From: Tubiluchus corallicola
Lineage: Eukaryota > Animalia > Priapulida
Direction of reading: 5' to 3'
NCBI GenBank assembly: GCA_030141605.1
Contig: JAQGDQ010000030.1
Coordinates: 1-64,000 of the forward strand
Length of the DNA: 64,000 nt
In this document: positions 57,701 to 64,000 of the stretch, piece by piece
How positions within the stretch are numbered: the stretch's first letter is position 1
Layout of the letters: each line of letters starts with the position of its first letter
Translations under genes and position numbers: made by a program
Notes under the pieces: generated by a model
What the model was told of the DNA's origin: nothing
What the model saw: only the letters and a program-made list of their open reading frames with translations
Databases searched by the model: none

Positions 57701-60700
57701 GGTATGACACTGACAAATGTTGGCCCACTTGGGATCACCTAAAGGTCGTCTACAGAGACTCTCTCAAACATGTGTAATATTACAAATTAAAGCTTAGGGG
57801 CAGCTGGGGTCACATAAAGGACATCTGCAGGGTATGTGTCAAATATATTGTGTAAGATATTCAAATAAAGCTCATGCAGAGGCGTTTCACGTGGTTCATT
57901 AAAACATCCAGCGCTGTTGACAAATGACTTAGTTTTCTTTATTTTGCCAAAATGTTTTATCCTTCGTCTTAGATTTTTGGTTAATAGTAACCTTTGCATA
58001 AAATGTATGTCACACTGATTGACCAAGGTCAAAAGTGTTACGCCATTTTTGGTCACCCACAGGGCATCTAAAGGAAATGTCGCAAACATTTGTGTAATAA
58101 TTATAGGGTACTATAAGCTTAGGAGCTCAGTATTAGAATAATAATTTTAAGGATCAGCTATGGGCCTGATTTAGGAAGATGCTAAATGCAAAGTTAATAC
58201 GAAGAGAGCACAGTAGGATGTAACAATCCATGGCATCATAATTAGTGGCCGCTGAACCCACTATCAGAGTTTTTCTGACGCATTTGCATACTAGTAGGAT
58301 GTCATGGCAACGTGATATCATATGACGCCAATAAGCTAGTGTGCCTTTGTGCTTGAGCAATCATTCTACCACATTATGATACAAGTTTGTTGTGGTTAAG
58401 GCAAATTTTTCTTCGGGGAACCTACATGTTGACCGTCTGGTTCCATTTTATTGCATCGTTTCCTTACCATGTAGTCTATTTAGTTAACTCGTCTTTCATA
58501 CATAATTTGTTCCCCCTAGATTTTTCAGTAACAGTGATTTTTCTTCTACTCTATATAGTAATAATACAGCAATGCTATAATTTTTTTATAATTTACACTC
58601 TTCTGAGAAGGGTAGCTGACTTTGTTGACCAATTGGTCCTTTGCTACCCTTTCTCCTGCACCCCCTGACACTTTCTTTTATATATATTTTTTATTGCAAT
58701 TGGTAATTAACTATAGCACTTATTGTTTATCTTGGAATTCTGGTGTTAATTAGGAGATAAATAAAAAATATCTATGCCTTTGCTGGATTGAACCTGATCT
58801 TTCAGTTTGGCATTTGGGTGAAAATAGAGCATAGCCACCTGACAGCCTCATGGACATAATTACATGATTCCTAGAGATATGAAGCAAACTGAACAAGAAA
58901 ATTTATGTTGTAATTGAAGTTTAATTCTTCCCTGCTCTGTTTGTTTTATACTATTCTTATACTATTATTATACTATTTGTTAGACTATAGAATAATTATA
59001 CTATTATTCTTTATTAACAGGCGGCATCATATGTACAGTGTATGGTGTGTGACGCATTAAGTTAAAAATGGTAGTTGCAAAGTAGCAAAACAGAGCGGTG
59101 TAGGAAGTTTCTACTGATGTGGAAAATTTTTCACATGATTTGAAAAAACTTACACATGAAAATCTGAAATTCAATTGAATCAAAACAAAAGTTTTCAGTT
59201 AAAATCAAAATACAGCGGAAAATTATAAAAAGTTGTAATTATTTATACTCACCTAAAAGCCATCTAAACAAGATATGCATTGTGCAACTTTTTTGCATTG
59301 TTTTTAAATGAAAATAAGATCACAACACTACTTAAAGTTTTAATGACCAATAGTGTTCAAAATGTAGTAAACAACAGAGTCACTACCAGTATGTATAGAA
59401 ATTATTTCTACAATATATTAAAGTGTGAGCATTATATCTTCTGGTCTGGTTTTACACCTAAATGTTGAATCAGATAACCCTTGAGTCTCTAAAATTTACT
59501 GTAAAAAGAGACTGTTGTCTTTAACTGCTCAGAAATACTTTGCAGTGTATGTCAATTTCTCTTAGCAGAATAGTAAAAATAATAAAGGCAGTATTTTGAC
59601 TATTGTAGACAGGTGCTTACAAGATTGCAGCTGTGTGCTGGGCTCCTGGTAACCAGAAACTAGCAGTTTGCACATCAGATAGAGTCGTATTACTCTACGA
59701 TGAACAAGGGGAGAAAAGAGACAAATTTTCATTAAAACCTGCTGATCCAAAGGTAATGCCATTTAATAGTGATTGTTGCTATCAACACTTTACATCTTTC
59801 TGCTGCATTGTTTAATGTAAGGTAACTTAATTTGTTATGTATTTATTGCAAAATTTGCAGACATTTCCCTCATGCACTAATTTTACAGTTTACAGTTTCA
59901 AAAGCTATAGAAGGTTGGGTGTAAACATGAGCCTTCACTTGATCACACTAGCACTGTCATAATTGAAACATGTTTATGTTTGTTAGTATGGGAAAAAGAG
60001 TTACACGGTCAAAGGACTTGGATTTTCATCTGACAGCACTAAACTAGCAGTCGGTCAAACAGACAACATTGTTTATGTGTACAAAATAGGAAGCAGCTGG
60101 TGAGAGTATTACAAAATTTACTTTTCTTGCTCATAAAAAGTTCATAAGTTTCTTTTTTGATTTTTTTTTTTGTAAATTGTCCTTAAGTATTTCATCACGT
60201 AGTTTATTTAGAAAAGTACAGAAAATAGTGTAGGCTTTTCATAGTGCATTATGTCAAATTTTGATTTTAGGCATTTATTTAGTTAAGCACAAGTTTTCGT
60301 TCTAACATACGAAATGGACTTAAGAAATTTGTCTGTTTTTTATTTAACACGTGGATTGTAAAGCATTTAACTAGGCAACTCGCAAAAATTGGACCTGACT
60401 CTTTTTTGCTTTCTCCTAATAAATGGGCATGATGTAGGTGACTCCTGAAAATATTTAGATGACTATTTACGGTCTTACTTTGCAACTAAGCTATCAACTT
60501 TAATATCAAATAATTTTCTACTGCAAATGGCAGATGACTCCAAGTGTTTCCGAAATTCTAATCTCTTTGTTAGTTTAGTCTGGTCATGCAGAAGATTCCT
60601 GTTTTAATCAGTGATCACTAGATAGAGAAGCTATATAAATATAGCGATTACTGTATTTCCAATATATACTTTATCTATGGCTGTATACATGAGCCAAATA

Positions 60701-63562
60701 TTTTTTCTAACCACCATAATACTTGTTTAAATATGCACCACTAGGTGGCTCAACTTTATGATATACCAATAATTATTTATTGTTATAAACAATGCAAGTC
60801 TGTAAGATCTGAGATTCATTTGACTGTTGTTGTTTTTATTTATTTTCATTTCTAGGACAGACAAGAAGGTTATATGTAACAAGTTTATTCAACAGAGTGC
60901 TGTTACCTGCCTTATCTGGCCTGTGGATCAACCCATTGTAATTGGATTAGCAGATGGCAAGGTAATATAAGTGTAAGATGTTTTTTCTATCTGTTTGCCA
61001 GCAGGTTACCTTAACTGCTATTTTAGGTGAAAAAGTCTGCATCCTTGGTGCACTTTCATGAGTGTCGTCAGTTCTACAAACCTTATTTTTCCAGATACAT
61101 TTCAAAAATACAGCGTAATCACACTATTATTCTGAATCCTGTCGATTCTGTTAAAATTTAGTTATATTAACAAGTTTACGCAAGTTGCGTAACTGCGAAA
61201 GTGTTAATAAGTTCCCGAGTTAGAGTCGCGGCAGTACCATTTAGCGAAAAAGTGCAAATAACAAATTCATTCTACAGCCACCTTAGTACTTTTTTCGATG
61301 CAATGTGTAAAAATTGTAAGAATAACTGCATAAAACTCGTGATTTTATTGTAATTTTGTAAAAAGTATGATTGTTTTTATAATTATTTTTCAAATTAAAA
61401 AAATTTCAATAGACTAAAATCCTACTCTGGCTGTATGTTTAAGCGACAGCATTTGCCTAATACATAAAGGATTGCAAAGCAGTAATATTTCATAAATTGT
61501 TGACGTTATCTTGCACAGTGTGACATGGTAAGGTGAAAATGAACCGGAAAAGAAAACTAATTTAACGGAAAATAAAAACGTTTCTGTAGTGGCTTGAAAA
61601 ACAAAGACCACAAGTTTTGCGTGAAACAATGCAGGGATACCGCGTCACTGATTTTGGGGTAAACAGTAAACCGGTTACCATAAAATGACACTACTCTCAG
61701 CCTTTTTGCTTGGTGACCATATCCCGTTGAGTTAGAATAATGCAGACACCTACTCGATTTATATTGAATCATGTGGCATTATTTAAAGTTCCTTACGTGG
61801 CTAAATCATTTTTCTGAAGCAGACAGGTATGTCTAGGAGCTAGCAGTATAATTATTCTTGTGCATTCTATGGTTATTAATTTGGTAAAGACATCAATGCA
61901 TTTACAATAATCAGTGCATTAAAGGAATGCTAGCTGAAAAGCATACATCTACGTTAAGATCTACATTCTAACTATGTGATGTTGGTAACCCATTCACTAA
62001 GTCAAAATAACATAAAATTTTTTTTTTGTTAAGAAAGTTTGTCTTCTGACCTGATTCGACACGTAAATTATGTACAAAAGTAATTGCTCACAATTATATG
62101 CTTAATAAATAGAAAATGTGGTATGTTCATAAGTATGTCTTTAAAATATAGTTAGTAGATGGCAACACGATTACTTTCCTTCAGTAGAATAGTTACTAAT
62201 GTCATACATGTATGAATTATTGAAGTGCAACTGCTGGCACTGCTTGAATCAAGCATGAAAACATTGGTGTGCTCCAGTATTTTTTCATAGTATTTTATTT
62301 GTGTTTTTGAATTTTTCAAATAAACCTCAATTTTTTCATTTTGGTTATTTTTAATACATGAAATACAGCACTAACTAAAACTTGATAGTGAAAAATATGC
62401 TTCAGGTTCGTATAGCGAACGTAAAGACCAACAAATCTACAACGCTGTATGGAACAGATTCATATGTGGTTGCTTTGGCTACAAAGTAAGTCAGAAATTG
62501 CTTTTTTGAATGAACTAATAATTCACTTTCTGCTGATGGTGTGTGCTTGGCAACCAAAGTTAAGTAACACAGTGTATGCATGGATGACTGCTTGGAAATT
62601 TGTTTCTTGTAATCAATAGATTAACTTTAACTGTATCAGTAGATACAGTAAGCGCTGCTTAATAGACACCTGGTTAATAGACTCAGTCGCTTAATAGACT
62701 CAAAAATGCCTGAAATGGGCCACTTATGTTCAAATATACATAAAAACTATCAGTAATTGACTCAACATTTTTCCTTCACTTACTTAGAATAAGATATTTG
62801 TATGTGCCAAAAGAGCCTTTCCTACTTTTATGTCATCCTTACTTCCCTTTTGTGCACTATGTATGCAGAAAGAATCATATTAAGTACCATTTTTTATAAG
62901 CAGATACATTTATCATGCACTAATAGGCTAGGTTAATGGTTTTGCTTTGAATCTGTTACCTGCTCGCCCACTGTTACCCAAAAAATTTCTGGAAGCTAAA
63001 CATTTAATCACTTGCCTAGTGGTTTCCTTTTGATGCCCTCATTGCAAATCATGCTTTCAGGCTTAATGAGTTAACAGTCAAAGATGCAAGTACAGTAATC
63101 AGCCGCTATTCCTTGTGATTTACAAGAGTAAACATCATACAGCAAATAAATTGCAATGTAAGTGAGCAGACGATTAAAAAATCTGTGACTTAGAAAAGTG
63201 TACTTTTTAATTTATTGTTAATTCACTTATATAAATTAATATTTTAAAATATTTTTTCTAATTTTTAACTGTACAAAAGAATTTAGGCATTACTTAGTTT
63301 CTAAAATTCATTAAAAACCTTTGCAGTGCATAGTAAGCTGATGACTCGTACTTTTATACCTTTAATACTACACCCATCAGTTAATAGGTTCAGTCAGTTA
63401 ATTGGGTCAAAACACGTCGGTCCCAAAGTGAGTTTATTAAGCGGCACCTACTGTATCAATTTTTTTACTCGCAGTGTATCTAACAAAGGAATTCTATCCG
63501 GTCATGCCGATGGAACAATTGTGCGCTATTTTTTTGATGATGAAGGAAGCGGTGAAGCCCAG
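54745..63562 (+). CDS. IFT172: Intraflagellar transport protein 172, 5' exons (gene continues beyond window)
   Basis: Exons 54745-54783 ([13 protein letters not shown]), 59609-59752 (..[30 protein letters not shown]), 59987-60099 ([25 protein letters not shown]), 60856-60961 ([21 protein letters not shown]), 62406-62485, 63475-63562 ([20 protein letters not shown]); all GT-AG and in phase. Confidence 0.95.
54830..56795 (+). pseudogene. Degraded CR1-group LINE (APE plus RT) in IFT172 intron 1
   Basis: Frameshifted motifs CETWF...[56 protein letters not shown]. Confidence 0.85.
57146..58340 (+). mobile_element. Probable Helentron-associated (HINE/DINE-like) non-autonomous repeat
   Basis: Start tttaggtcccctgactttagtcagtaaggacacctactgc...cgtctgtc (terminal hairpin followed by a gtc-rich tract) resembles invertebrate HINE-type starts; end uncertain. 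Confidence 0.4.
62646..63453. mobile_element. Tigger/pogo-type MITE with TA target duplication
   Basis: ta|cagtaagcgctgcttaata ... tattaagcggcacctactg|ta. Confidence 0.65.
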
Positions 63563-64000
63563 GTATTCTGACAGAGCGACCTTATGACATTGTATTTTCA
63601 CTGTTCTACTTCAGCAGTTGACTAAGATCTGAAGTATCAAGCAAAGTGCAAGCTTTTATAATTTACTTTATTACTAAAACATTTGCTGTGGCAGAAAGAT
63701 ATTCTATTTTACTTCTTGTGTTTTACTTGTATTATAGTGCCAGTTTTTGTCACAAGCCTTTTTTAGTATCTAGTAACAATGAGTAATATTAGTATTTAAG
63801 ACTGCTGCAAACATTGGCAATTTTTTCAGTTTAAAATTTAACGCTTACTTATAGCAAAGTTTTTATAACTCCTCCATTATATTAAATCTCATTTGACTTT
63901 GATGATGTTGCCTAAAAATGCTTGGCACACTACGGTTATGGTAAATCGATAGTGATATGTGTCGTGTGCCGTGATATGTTTTTGATGTGTATATGTTTGC

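Overview
AT-rich, intron-containing animal DNA, probably from an invertebrate protostome: the SoxF HMG box resembles Drosophila Sox15 and a neurotactin-like gene is present. The species cannot be determined. Four host genes were reconstructed by eye from splice sites. (1) The 3' half of a catalytically dead, neurotactin-like cholinesterase-fold gene (minus strand, 4104-11733). (2) ZNF622/REI1 (plus, 8 coding exons, 28427-34435). (3) SoxF (minus, 2 exons, 39080-52963, 12-kb intron). (4) The 5' part of IFT172 (plus, from 54745), head-to-head with SoxF. The rest is largely transposon-derived. It includes a hAT transposase with its catalytic-Glu motif triplicated in frame, several LINE copies, many MITEs, a duplicated 23-bp minisatellite block and 5S rRNA-derived fragments. 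The most unusual element is a young (~99% identical LTRs) Gmr1-type Gypsy retrotransposon with Gag-PR-IN-RT-RH order whose RT catalytic core is deleted in frame. A 161-N gap (19105-19265) hides the end of the 5' LTR. All calls come from reading the sequence and recalled family motifs; no searches were run.
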